Origin: Marsupella aquatica
Lineage: Eukaryota > Plantae > Marchantiophyta
Reading direction: 5' to 3'
Length of the DNA stretch: 64,000 nt
Assembly (NCBI GenBank): GCA_973895155.1
Contig: OZ316891.1
Span: 26,529,972-26,593,971 of the forward strand
In this document: positions 39,171 to 51,613 of the stretch, piece by piece
Layout: each line of letters begins with the position of its first letter
Position numbering within the stretch: the first letter of the stretch is position 1
Notes under the pieces: model-generated
Seen by the model: the letters and a program-made list of their open reading frames with translations, nothing else
Database searches by the model: none
What the model was told of the DNA's origin: nothing
Program-made: the position numbers and the translations under genes

Positions 39171-40325
39171 CTACAAAGAAATCATTTTTGAAAGATTTAT
39201 AACTAAGTGGATGTACAATCTAATAAATTTAAGTATTTCTATGATTCTTTTGTAACAATCTATCCAGTTTTTATTTATCGTAAGAGCACCTACATAAGCG
39301 GCATTACTAGTTGAGCTCCTGTATGTCGTGCCATGTACAACATCACTACGGAAAGCAAAGAGGTTGCCATCTTCAATTCCTAGACGCATTCCATATTCAG
39401 GAATTACAAGGTTGATTGGCGAAATTGTTGAATCTGGATGACTAGCATAACATAGTGTAAACTCTGTCGTGTCTTCATCTTTGTGCATTTTGGTGCAAAA
39501 ATCTTTGGTGATGTAAAGTTGATAAGAGCTTGGCCCTTTACTTTCCAATTCTTTCTCAAAAAATGACATATCGTGGTCTTCAGGAAGATATGGGTGGGAG
39601 TATAATTTGAAATAACTTTCCAACACTGTAGGGCACCACCAAAAATGATGTTGACAAGCTCAAGATGAGAGTACTTATCAACTAAATCCTCAAAAATGGA
39701 AGTCGTGGATTGTGCACAATCTGTTAAGAGATGCCTGATTTTTGTTTTGTGAATATAAAAGATACTCTTTTGGACTTGTATGGATTATCAAAGGACCAAA
39801 TCCTGTTATGTACCTCTCAAATGATGCCTTGTTTTCTCCTCTTTTAATCTTGTAACGTGAATCAGATAAGGAAACTAATAAACTTCGAATGAAACTCATA
39901 GTTTCACATGATAGTTTTTGATGGCGTACAACCACTGCTATAAGATAAGGCTTGGATCCTGACCTATACATCGTAAAAATATGTATAGTTATGGGTTTTG
40001 TCCATAACCACAAAATCATTAGGAAAATCCCTAAATATAAAACCAGCATTAGAAGAGGAAGAACTAGTCTTCTTACCATTCCATGTTCCAAGGATGCACC
40101 CTTTGTAATGTGCAACACGAGAGGAAGCGATACGATGGACAGTTACTTCTACTTTAGAAAAAAACTACTTGTAGCACAAGAGGTTTCTTGAACTTTTCTC
40201 ATAATTTGAAGTTTTCTTTGAGTATAGTGAGAAAACATTCCAATGAACTAACGTATGGGTTTTGGTAAGTTCAACCTACATTGGTGATTGGAAAAACTTT
40301 CATCAATTTCTTTCCATGTATCCTG
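39171..40325 (-). pseudogene. TET/JBP-like Fe(II) dioxygenase domain, disrupted
   Basis: YQLYITKDFCTKMHKDED (HxD at 39485-39477), LVIPEYGMRLGIEDGNLFAFRSDVVHGTT (distal His 39335-39333), final strand YVGALTINK. The upstream same-frame ORF has KIKRG..YITGFG. Stops or compensating indels lie at 39660-39692. Confidence 0.7.
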
Positions 40326-40384
40326 ACAGAACATAGGAACTTCATTTTGTCTTTCCTAGCAATTTTTATACCCATTCCAAAGTA

Positions 40385-40885
40385 CAGCTTTTTACTGTCC
40401 TGTCCCCCAAACTAGCCTAATTTCATAACCTGCCCCCCAAACAAATTAAATTGCTAAGTTGCCCCCCATTCCGTAGATCAGTTTAGGCATACCCAGTACA
40501 TGGTCCCTGGTGCCACATGGCAAGTCTCCACTGGTCCTGGCTAAGCCCTCCCCCTCTACCCCTTCCCCATCAAGGCGCTCCCATCGCCGGCCCAAACAGA
40601 GCCATCCCGCTCCCGTCGCCGGCCCTAACAAAGCCCTCCCGCTCTTGTCGCTGGCCCGAACAAAGCCCTCCCAAAAATGACCCATTTTGGCCCCTCGCCT
40701 GTACTTGTGAGAACGCTGCCCATGCTTAGCCCGGACCAGTGGCGACTTGCCATGTGGCACCAGGGACCATGTACTGGGTATGCCTAAACAGATCTACGGA
40801 ATGGGGGGTAACTTAGCAATTTAATTTGTTTGGGGGGCAGGTTATGAAATTTGGCTAGTTTGGGGAACAGGATAGTAAAAAGTTG
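40385..40885. mobile_element. Mutator-like MITE with about 163-bp TIRs
   Basis: 40385-40546 is a near-perfect inverse of 40724-40885; exact 10-bp TSD TTCCAAAGTA at 40375-40384 and 40886-40895; GC-rich non-coding core. Confidence 0.93.
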
Positions 40886-41152
40886 TTCCAAAGTATAGCT
40901 TTGGAAAACTTTGAGGATCTATTGAGCGTGATATTGAGTACTTTTGTAACAAAAAGTACAAGAACTTTTTCGTCTCTTAGAATCAAAGAAAGTGCAAACC
41001 TTTCTTTTCCAAGGTGCAATTTGCTCAAGTATACCCAAATTTGAACAAATAAATTAACAGAGAAATCATCTCCCCATGCTTCACATTTATTTTCAATCAG
41101 GTGAGTTTTTTTCGTTTGACCATCTGCAAGAAAACAAAAATTATTAAGTTCA

Positions 41153-41470
41153 TAAAGTTACAACTTGGGTCAAACAAGACGCCAACTCTTACAAATGTGT
41201 GTACCAGAATGCTTTAATTTGTAACTTTTTAGAAAAATTCAAACATATATTTTTAGGTTTGTAAAGTTACAACTCGGGTCAAACAGTACACCGACCCTTT
41301 TGGATGTGTGTACCAGAATGCCTTAATTTGTAACTTTTCATAGTTTTTTCAAACATATTTTTTAGGTTTGTAAAGTTACAGCTTGGGTCAAACAGTACAC
41401 CGACCCTTTTGGATGTGTGTACCAGAATGCCTTGATTTGTAACTAAGTTTTAGAATTTTTTTCAAACATG
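41153..41470. repeat. About 118-bp tandem repeat x3, with a dispersed copy at about 46180-46262
   Basis: TAAAGTTACA.CT.GGGTCAAACA..AC.CC.AC.CTT...ATGTGTGTACCAGAATGC.TT.ATTTGTAACT recurs. Confidence 0.88.
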
Positions 41471-42212
41471 TACTTTGTTATTTCAAGGACAAGACTTTCT
41501 TCTCCAATGGGGGCTCATGATATACTTACTTTCTTGGCGCTGCTTGTATAAAGGAGAAGAGTAAACAGGCCTTGTAGCAAAAGGTCTATTTCCTCTCATA
41601 AAGTTCCAACTTTCAAGGTTGTCCACAATCTGCAAGTGGATAACACAAGAAACTTAGAAACATGATACCCAGAAAAGGTTAGGGTATTTTCCATAGACCA
41701 CACAACCAAGGATGGATTGAACGGGATATACAAGACATACAAAATTAATGCCTATTGCAATGGTTGTGAGTACACTGCCATGGACACTTCCCCTCTCTTC
41801 CTTAGCTGAGAGCCCTTCTTCAAAGCCCTAGTCAATGTACTCTTGATCACAGGAAACTCAAACTGCAAGATAAAGCATCCCTTGACTGATACACATACAA
41901 ATAGTTGTAGTATAGGTGTATGCCAACCCTTAGCTTCAACCACGTTTTGTTGTCATCCCCTAGTGCAGCTACCTGTCACAAAGGTGTATGCCAAATCTTA
42001 GCTCAACCATATTTTGTTGTCTTCCTCTAGTGTAGCTATGATATTCAAACCGCATATATGCAAACCTCTAGTGCATATTCACTAACCTGCTCCCCAAACA
42101 AACAGTTTGATGACAACAAAGCGGTCAGGATTTATAGCGTGTTTGCCAATTTGAAGCTCCCAAGCAGTACTCTTTTTTGGACCGTATGACATGATTTTGT
42201 TCTCCTTCCCAG

Positions 42213-42812
42213 CAATGGCTTCCAACGGGAAGTTGAGCAGGTTGCTAAAGGGGACGGTCGCCGGAATTGTGTTGGGGGTTCTAGCATTTGTGGTGTTGTG
42301 TATGTATTACATGCTGAAGTACTGGCTGACTTGGAAGAGCCGGGAAAAACGTGAGAAATCTGAGCAAAAATTCTTGTAGAAAGCAGTCCACCTTTAAGAA
42401 GAGTTTCTCAAGCAAAAGATGGCCAGCATGAAAGAGTACACATTTGACGAGATTGTCAAGGCCATTGATTACTTCAGCAATGAGAGACTCGTAGGGGAGG
42501 AGGGCTATGGCAAAGTGTACAGCGGGACATTAGGGGATGGTCACAAGGTTGCTATCAAGAGTGCGGAGGAGAGGTCCCTCAAGTTTGAGATACAGATCCA
42601 GCTGTTGTCCCGAGTACGTGCACCATAAAAATCTAGTTGCTCTGATCGACTATTGCAATGACCAGGGCGAGCAATTGTTGGTCTATGAATTTGTTGCCTA
42701 CGGTTCTCTATCATGGCATTTGTCCCCTGCAGCAAGAGTCCCTCTTACCTTCCTCACCTGACTCCAAAATGCTCTTGATTCAGCCAGGGGGATACACGAC
42801 CTTCATTGCTTA
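42213..42812 (+). pseudogene. Receptor-like kinase fragment (TM + kinase subdomains I-VIa)
   Basis: TM segment GTVAGIVLGVLAFVVLCMYYML, then YTFDEIVKAIDYFS..VGEEGYGKVYSGTL..VAIK..IQLLSRV/HHKNLVALIDYC..QLLVYEF..ALDSARGI. Stops at 42377 and 42759 and a frameshift near 42617. Confidence 0.9.
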
Positions 42813-44739
42813 TTTGAGCATCTTTCTACAAATTAAACAACATAGTAAGAAAAGTGTGTTTCTATGATCAGTTGATAGGATAGCCCGAGAAGAACAGTAG
42901 CCCTCCCATTTCCACTGGACTTGAGGATAATCATAAAAAAGAGCTGGATGACAACTACAGGTTTGAGTGAACCCTATGTTCGTGCATCGTAGAGATGCAT
43001 GTAGCACAGGAAGGTTGACTTTCAATCATCCAATCACTTTTTGATGGATCATTCCATTCCAAAAATGCTCTTCACACAATCATACAATTGATATAGAGCA
43101 GTGTTCTCATGGTACAAGAAACAACTTACAGAGTTTGGTTGTAGGGTGTATGACGGGGTAGCGAGGATCATCAGTTATCAGTTTTGCCGCCTTGAAATTT
43201 TTGAATCTCAACTGAGCAACTGAGATAGGGCCTTTGCACTTCCACACATCTCAGCTGGGCAGCTGAGATTGACTCAATTTCAGCTGACCTCGCCGAGATT
43301 GGCGTAAGGACAAAAAAAATTCAAAAAAACTTCTTCTTTTTTTGAAAAATTCAAAAAAAATGCCGACAAAATTCCGTGTCCATACCGTACGGGCACCTGA
43401 CTACCTCGACGGGTCTTGCCAAGATGTGGTATCCGTACGGTATGATGAGGTAGCGACTGATATCAGGTTGGCTGATGGAAAACATTGATAACTGATGATG
43501 TAGCTTTACTCGGTGTATGACTATAGGCCGATGATGTAGGCTATAGGTCAGCTCGCTTTTCCATTGAAAGTTGAAAGGCACGGTCAGCATAACCCCTTGA
43601 AACCGACGGTGATGATTATTCTACTCCAGTCAATACCGGAATTCAATGGAAATTCTACAGACACTTGAGGAGCAAACTTTATAACAAACGGACTACAGAA
43701 AAATTTAGACAGTGCAGTAGTAGACCATGAAGAGAACAATGAGCTCCAATTTCAACGAAGCAAACATGAAAACAAGGAATTGCAAAGTTTGAGCACAAAA
43801 TCAAGAAAAGATACGTCAGCTCAGATTCCTGAGAAGGAGTTTATGGTTCTCAAAACCCTAGAGAAAAGCCCTCATAGACCTAAAGAATGGTTTTGGAAAC
43901 TCTGATGGGCACAATCGGACCCAACAATAACACAACAGGCCCTCAAGAGAACAATGTTACTTGATAGGACCCTTGAGGTTTGGGCTACGTTTATTGAAAC
44001 TCTATTATGGTCAATCAATGGTTTGGATCACTCACGGGTACTATGGAGTAACACTTTTCTTTTGGGGGGCCATCAACCAAACGCGCAACCAAATTCCCCT
44101 AAGTTGTGCTATGGAGCATAGTTTGATGTGTGTATTATCACCCATCGACACAAAGGATTGACAACATGCCCCCATGGAATTGCAGCACGGGGAAAATTTG
44201 GTGCTATGAGTCCATGTAAGCATCTTGTCAAAAGTAAGTATCAAAATTATAAATTGTGTTAAAGAGCATAGTTTGATGAGTGGATTATCACTCATAGACA
44301 CAAAGGTTGACAAGATGCCCCTATGGAATCGCAGAACCCTGATAATCTGGTATTGTGAGCCCATCTAAGCATCTTGTCAATGTTATATATAGTGTTATGG
44401 AGTCTAATTTTCTCTAGTGTTCTTGGAACCCTGAAGAAAACCCCCCATAGATGTACAAGGTTGGTTCTGGATATTGTTTGCGTATATCAATTTGGGGAGC
44501 AGGTTAGTGAAACGTTAACGTTCTTCCAAAGCTCTTTTATGGTTGAATTGGATGGCAGTAGTAGGCTAGCATAGATGGGAAGAGCCCTCACACACAAATT
44601 AAGGAGGCCAGGTGAGCAATTGGATAGTACGGGTTTGTCTAAAACATGTTAACAAAGAAATGGTGGGTTGACTAAAACCCAACTATACCTTGACTCCTTT
44701 GTGCAGGCCTTTAATTTGCAAATATTTAGAAAAAAATAA

Positions 44740-45890
44740 TTACTATTTACAGACCTCCATTAGGGGTCCTTTGCAAAATTCCTGGCTCCACAATGCGCCA
44801 CATCATCATGGCACGCTGCAAACAGGAAGAGACTTGTTTTTGGATAAAAATAACTTATGCATTCGTGTTTGTGGCAAGTTTGCTGTAAAAACTGGGATGC
44901 CATGCCGAAAAAAAGAATGTAAAAAAATTGACATGCAAATAAAAAGATAAAAAGATTGAGGTAAAACTGTTCCCAGTAACGGTTTTATTTACATTTTGAT
45001 TTTATTCGAAACATGAAATTTTCCCAGTAGCAATTTTTGATTTGACATTGCTGAGTCAAATCATAATGAAAACTCACGTATAATATGGGGTTAGAAAGAT
45101 CTTGAAGAGACGGTCCTGATAAGCTCAGCATTGTTTTCATTTGGTAAGAATTGAGTAAGTAATTTGAAAAATAGATTTTACCCGTGATTTCATAATCTCT
45201 AACGTGAATAGAAATCTTTGTTGTACAACCCTTGAAATGTTGACCCCTTCCATGAGAATGAACCTAAAATTGACAGATTTTATTGAGTACTAAGGAGATT
45301 TTGAATTTCAAAATTTCTTTAGCTGTTTAATGAACTTAACATTGATAGATTTAGTTGAGTTGTTAGGAGATTATAAGTTTCCAATGTTCTCTAGCTTTCC
45401 AATGAGTGTGTAACATTGGGAGATTTTATCAAGTACTAAAGTGGTCATGAGTTTCTAAATTTCTCTAGCTTTTGATCGATTCCAAATTCCACAATTGGAG
45501 ATTTGTTTCCATGAAACTTTTTGTTTGACTTCAACTATTATGCAAAGTTAGTGATTTGATGAATTCTCTCTTTTCGTCTATCTGTGTGTAGGAATTGAAA
45601 AGTGATTACTTTCGATGCAACTTGAGTGCATCCCTTCGGTACTTGGAGGAAACCGTCGAGCACCGTTTTGCTGAAGTAGGCAATTAAGCTACCCACACAT
45701 TAAATAGTTTTTCACATTGCAGTTGGTTTTGCCATTGATGCTAATTATGGTTGCCAAGTTGGCAACTGTTTCAAGTTTCAAACATTGACTTGTCCATTTT
45801 TGAATTTTTTTTTCTTTAGATTTGGAGGTCCATCTAGGCTTCAGTTTCTAGATAATTGCCTCTAAACTAACATGGGGGTCCACAGATTAA
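44740..45890. mobile_element. Non-autonomous TIR-like repeat, copy 2 (related to 33553-34402)
   Basis: Left end is homologous to 33560-33790; right end GGGGGTCCACAGATTAATT resembles GGGGTCCACGAACTAATT at 34383. Confidence 0.5.
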
Positions 45891-48779
45891 TTTGGAAGGG
45901 GGGCACAATAGGCAAACAAAGCCCAAAATGCCAATCAAATTGTAAAGCAAAAGTTGAAAGATAGTCTACAATATACCACACAGCCTGAGTGTAAATTAAC
46001 AATGAAATTACTTTGCTAACCTTTATGATTATGGCCATCCAAGAAATGTTGTCCCATCTTAATAATCACCTTCCTCAAATGTTATTTGTACCCACAAAAC
46101 AAGTAATGCCAATTGTAGAGTCCAGCTGATAGAAATGACAACACTTTGCAATTTATTGATGTTTGCAATTTATTGATGTTAAGGTCACAATTGGGGTCAA
46201 ACAATACACCGACCCTTGTGGATGTGTGTATCAGAATTCATGCCTTGAGTTGTAACATTTTTGATTCATAATTTCCTGAGAGGTGCAAACATCTATAGAA
46301 GGGTATTCTCCTCATCTAGAACATTTATTTCATCTAAACCCTCACATCTTCCCACACCCTAATTAATATCCCTGCCCAAAGCATGCAGCCAACAAAAATG
46401 AGTTCTTTCTTGAGGGGCCTCATAGTTAGAATAAAGGTATATTCTAGGGAAGCATGAATACTGCAAAGACACTTTTCTTATTGGTAGAACCTGAAGAAAA
46501 TGTGAGGGTACGAATCCAATTGAAACTAGCCCTCAAATCTCCAAAATTCAGACCAACAAAAGAAAGAATTGTTCATTTTTGGTCCACTCTCAAACAATGT
46601 TTATTAACACCTATTTAGGCAGGCAATCCATAATTACACTCACATCACACAAAGCTTGTGAAGAAGTCTTTCAACAATGAAGAAGTCTTTCAACTTGCCT
46701 CTCTTCAATGTAATGTGGTCTGAATGGCTTAGCAATGTTGCATTGAGAAGAATGGAACTTCTTTGTCTTGAAGTTCCAATCTGAGCCCAATTGAAAGCAA
46801 ACAACATGGATCAATGAGATGAGAGGTGTGATAAAAAACATTTGTGCCACTCCATCGCTCCCTTATCATGGAGTTGAGCTTGCCACTCAAGAAAATTGTC
46901 AAGTCGTCACAAACTTCATGAGTCACAAACTTCATGATGTTTTGACGGCTCACACTACAAGGTTGTCAAAGTCATCAGCAGTTTGTGACATAAACCTTAC
47001 CTTTGATTGTGGAAGATGGATTGATGTATTTGAAGAACTTTTGGATCTTTTGTTCAAACTGAAAGTTTCAAGCATGGTCTCTGATGTCCAATCCATTGTC
47101 TGACAAAGTTTGAGACTTTTTTGAGATCATTGGCTCCATTTCCAATGAACACAAAGATGGTCAAATATTCTAAATCATGATTTCTTTACACATGGAAATT
47201 TTCATGTGAGTCAGCTATTACTGGTGTTCCTGAGTAATTGCATGAAGTCTTGATGCCTTTCAGGTTAAGGTCATCAAGTTGTCCAACTACCAAGGACACC
47301 GGTAATTTAACTGAACCGGCTGCAAACTGCAAGGAGACCGTTTACAGGTCACATTTCAGTCAAAACTGTAAACAATAATACCGGAGTCAATTTAAATGTT
47401 CTGAGCAAGTCCATCCAAGCTTTCCCAGTACATCTAGGCAGCATAGACGATGTGGAGATCCATCCGGGCTTCAGTTTCACACAACCTGTGATGAGTGTTA
47501 ACTTCTGTAAAATACTAAGAGAAAATAAATATTAAAAAGTACAAAGAGAAAAAGCTTGAAGGGGTGTAAGTTTATTCAAGCACTCCTGATTGGAACTTGA
47601 AGCTGGATGGGCCTCCACATTGTGAAAAAGACTCAGTTTTTGCAACATGGATGGACCACACCAAAACTGTCTTTGTGCTCATATAGTACAGACTACACGA
47701 TGAGTGAAATGCGGCAAGAAAATTAGACTGTTCATAGGTCTCCCAGTTCTCAATGGAATGTGACTATCATTAGATTAATTTGTAAGATCCTCAAAGCATT
47801 TTCTGACTAGCATAAGAAAATAAGATTCAGTTGGACATAGCGGGAGAAACTGAATGTCAAAGTTAGCTGCTAAATCTTTACGACAACTTAAAATGTGTAT
47901 AGTGAGTGATGGAGTGGTCTTAGAAATTCACAACTCACCCAATTAATCATCAAAGTAAGAGCTATTAAACTCATTGGAAAGATCTTTCTAAGACACTTTT
48001 AACTAGGTCAAGAAGAGCCACTTCCACTGGATAGAGAAAGGGAGATATTCAAGGTCAAACTCTGTTCATGAAAACCAAAGGATGTCAACAACTGAAGGTG
48101 TAAAAGGTGACATGGAGCATGAGATTTACATGGCTCACAGGTGTAAAAGGTGGCATGGTGCATGAGATTTACATGGCTCACAGGTCTGGTCAATAGGAAC
48201 ATGGCTTTACTCCAGATGTAAAGTAGGTATTGATGTTCACCAGATGTAAAGTAGGTCGGGGAAAAAGATCTGTCACAATGTGAATAACTTTGCAAGGATG
48301 AAGTAGCCAGGCTACACGTAGTCATAGAAAGTACCATACATAATGGCAGCTGGAAGGGACACGTACAACTGAAGCCAGTTATGTCCAAAAGCATTAAGGG
48401 GAGTGAGACAGGATTCCCTCTTGTTAATTTACTGTTTTTAAAAGTGTGTGACCTCTTTGCCATTGGGGACCCTTCGCTATTTTTTTATTAATTTTTTTTT
48501 TTTTTAAATTGAAAACTTTATTCCAAGGAGAACCAAAAAAAACCAAAGCCCGGGAGGAGAAGGCAGGAAAGAACAAGAGCAATTAAGGGGGCAATAAAAG
48601 GAGCACACCCAGTGAAGATGAAGGGCGACCTCCACCCCAACTACCAGAATGGAGGAGGCGGAAGAGAATGGGAGGGAGGACCCCAAAGAGGATAGAATGC
48701 TATCCTAAGAAAGTAGCCAAAGAAGTAAAACATCGACTAGTAAAACCTTCATGGGAACTGAAATGGACTTGCCATCCCC

Positions 48780-49002
48780 ATCCACCACAGCCGGCCAGAC
48801 AGCTTGTACCCGTTGATACTCCGATGTATACTCCACCACAGCCGGTGGAACAGCTTATACCCGTCGAAACTCCAATGAATACTCCCTAGGAAGCCAACAT
48901 GTGTACCTGCCGAAACTCCAATTTAAAAACTCCCTAGGAAGCCAACATGTGTACCCGCCGAGACTCCAATGAAAACTCCTTAGGAAGCCAGCATGTATAC
49001 CC
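48780..49002. repeat. Minisatellite of about 50-bp units
   Basis: CCACCACAGCCGG..CAGCTT.TACCCGT x2, then ACTCC.TAGGAAGCCA.CATGT.TACC x3. Confidence 0.8.
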
Positions 49003-51613
49003 TTCGCTATTTTTGGATTTTTTTGTAATTCAATGCTCAAGATCTTCTCCAATTTAGAAGCAAGGCAAGAACCAGTATTTTTGGGGGTTTCCTTTTCCCT
49101 TTAGTTTTAAATAGTGTTTGTGTTGATTTCCATTCAACCCCCTAGAAACACTTCCTCTCTGCTACACCCCCACCCCACCCCCCTCTTGCAAGAACAGAGT
49201 CAGGGGGCTGGCAAGGGGTGAATGAAAATCAAGACACTTCCTTCCATTTCTTGTTTCTGTGCTTCACTGACTGGCCCCCAAGCTACTTTAAGTAGTAAGT
49301 AGCCTTAACCCATCTAACCTGACACCGAGTGGCCTCCTATTGGCTCACAGTGAGTGTAACCCACATCACATTTCCCCATCCATCATCATGCCTGCCCACA
49401 TCATCCCCTCCTGTGCACATCCAGGTCAAATGATGTGGTGACAAACAGGGATCAGAGGAACATGAATTAAGTATAATTCCATGCAGGTTACTTTATTTAC
49501 AACTAGGAGGCCATCAGGGGTTAGCTTGGATGGGTTATGGTGACCACATTACTTCTGAGTCAGGGGCTAGTGACCAATTGTGGTCAGTCAACCCGGTTTG
49601 GCGTTTGTGCTTTTTGGCACTTTGATATATACAAAGAGAGTAAAAAGGTATGGTCAGTTTGTAGAACTCAAACCTGACGGACCTAAACATTTGACAAGAT
49701 GCCTGGATAGACCAACACAACCTGGATAGGCTCACATAATAAAGAATTTGTACTCATAATAGTAATTTTTTATTTATAATTATATTCCACAATTTTTGGG
49801 TGGAAAATGACCTGGTCCATTTGAGTTGCAAGGCTCATGGGAATGGTCCATCCAAGCATCTCAGTCTGGAGGGGTAAGTTTAGTAATACACGGTTTCTCT
49901 TGGTCCCTGAAAATCCAATGCAGCACGAAGACTGTCAGGAAAAGGGAAAGTACTCTGGAGACAAGAAAACCCCCTTTTCAACTGACAGTGTCATCTCTTT
50001 AAGTGCACACTCCACAAAACAAACCCTGGATAATTGCAAGGTGTACCATTCTTGAAGTGAAGCCCGGATTCCATGTTGGACACAATGCTCCCATGGATCA
50101 CATTTTTGCAGTCCATGGGAGTTAATTTGGGGCTTATAACTTGATGATTATGAGTACTAAAATAATATAAGTTCTTCACCTGCAAGGCAACTAGAGAAGG
50201 AGGAGACCAAAAAAATACAAACACTAATATTTCATATTGACACAATGAAAATTAATAGAATAAAATTTACCCCTCTGCATTCCATGCTTAATAACTCAAC
50301 CTAAATGGCCAAAATTCACTGTCACTTTTGATGGAACTGTAGCTTACCTAATCCTCTGGGCTCTGGCACATATTCAGAACTAAAAATTATTTGCATTTAT
50401 GAACATCAAGTTATTACAATTAAACTCAAACTTTGGGAAATGTGATCCATGGGGGCTTCAAAAGACCAATGTTGTGGTCCATAGGAACATCATTTTTCCC
50501 ATTCTTCCATTGTTTTTGCACTTTTTGTATGTGCAAAAAGGGCTGCAATGGACCACAAGTATAAGTGCACATGTTCGGTAAGAAGTTAGCACACCCATGG
50601 TAAGCTTACAATTATTGATAAGTGCAAGTCATTTCAATGTAGAGGATTGGTTGCAATTAAGAGATAAGGGATTACTTTGAAGTCAAGAACTTACAATTAG
50701 GAAAGAAGTAAGTTACGAGAGTGTTGGTTAGTATACTAAGGGCCATTGCATGTCAAGGCATTGTCCACTCTTAGAGTTGCCTTGCTGTAGTTGACCCTTG
50801 AAGTTGCAGTCCTAAACCAATAGTCAGCAATGTATTGGTGCATGAAAAGTTTGTGCCTGAACTGTCACATTAGTGGAAGTATGAGGACAATGCATGCAAA
50901 CATTCTGGCCCTTGTCATCATATCCTTTGAAACTCGAATAACCGTATACTGCAGAGCAGTCACACATACAACAGCAGATGCAGCACCATAGCCTGACCTG
51001 GCTCATTCCTTGACAATTTAGGGAGATTCAAGTGCCAGAAATGTAAGGGCCACTTACACACTTGAATAGCTCTTATAAAAAAATGCAAATTTCACGTTTT
51101 TGAACTTAGGAGAGATATACTTGATGGACCCCTAAATCGCAAAGTGTTACTTAATGGATCCATGAAATTTTGGGTCCGTCTTAACATCTATCAATGATCT
51201 TGATCACTCATGAAGTCTATCAAATAACACTTTTCATTTGGGAGTTCAAACAAGTAGGGCATCTCAAATATTGAAAAAAAAACCCACCTGACGGACGTCC
51301 CGCAATGCACTCAGGCTGCACTGAAACTGGGTATAGCCGGGCAGTGATATTTTCAGGCTCAGATTTGAGAGAGGTTGGGGCAATGTGTGAAAATTGCAAA
51401 GGTGAATCAATGAACAAACTGAAATTGGGTCCTCTCCTTGTAGCAATCGGCCCTCACTTTTGGTCACGACTCCCGGGTGTGACTGGTCGGGCCTCACATT
51501 CAGTGCGCGACCAGTTGTTACGCTGCCCCGGGTCACAACACTCCTGGATGAGATCACACACAAAAATTCATTGTATTTGAAATGCCCTAGTATATCTATC
51601 TCTCTTTGAACTT

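Noticed and set aside
43143-43310. hAT-like terminus TAGGGTGTATGACGGGG with subterminal CTGAG repeats
   Set aside because: No matching inverted end or 8-bp TSD was found, so it is not called as an element.
51560-51595. CTAG-T as the 3' end of the Helitron
   Set aside because: No GC-rich subterminal hairpin precedes it; the element termini remain undefined.
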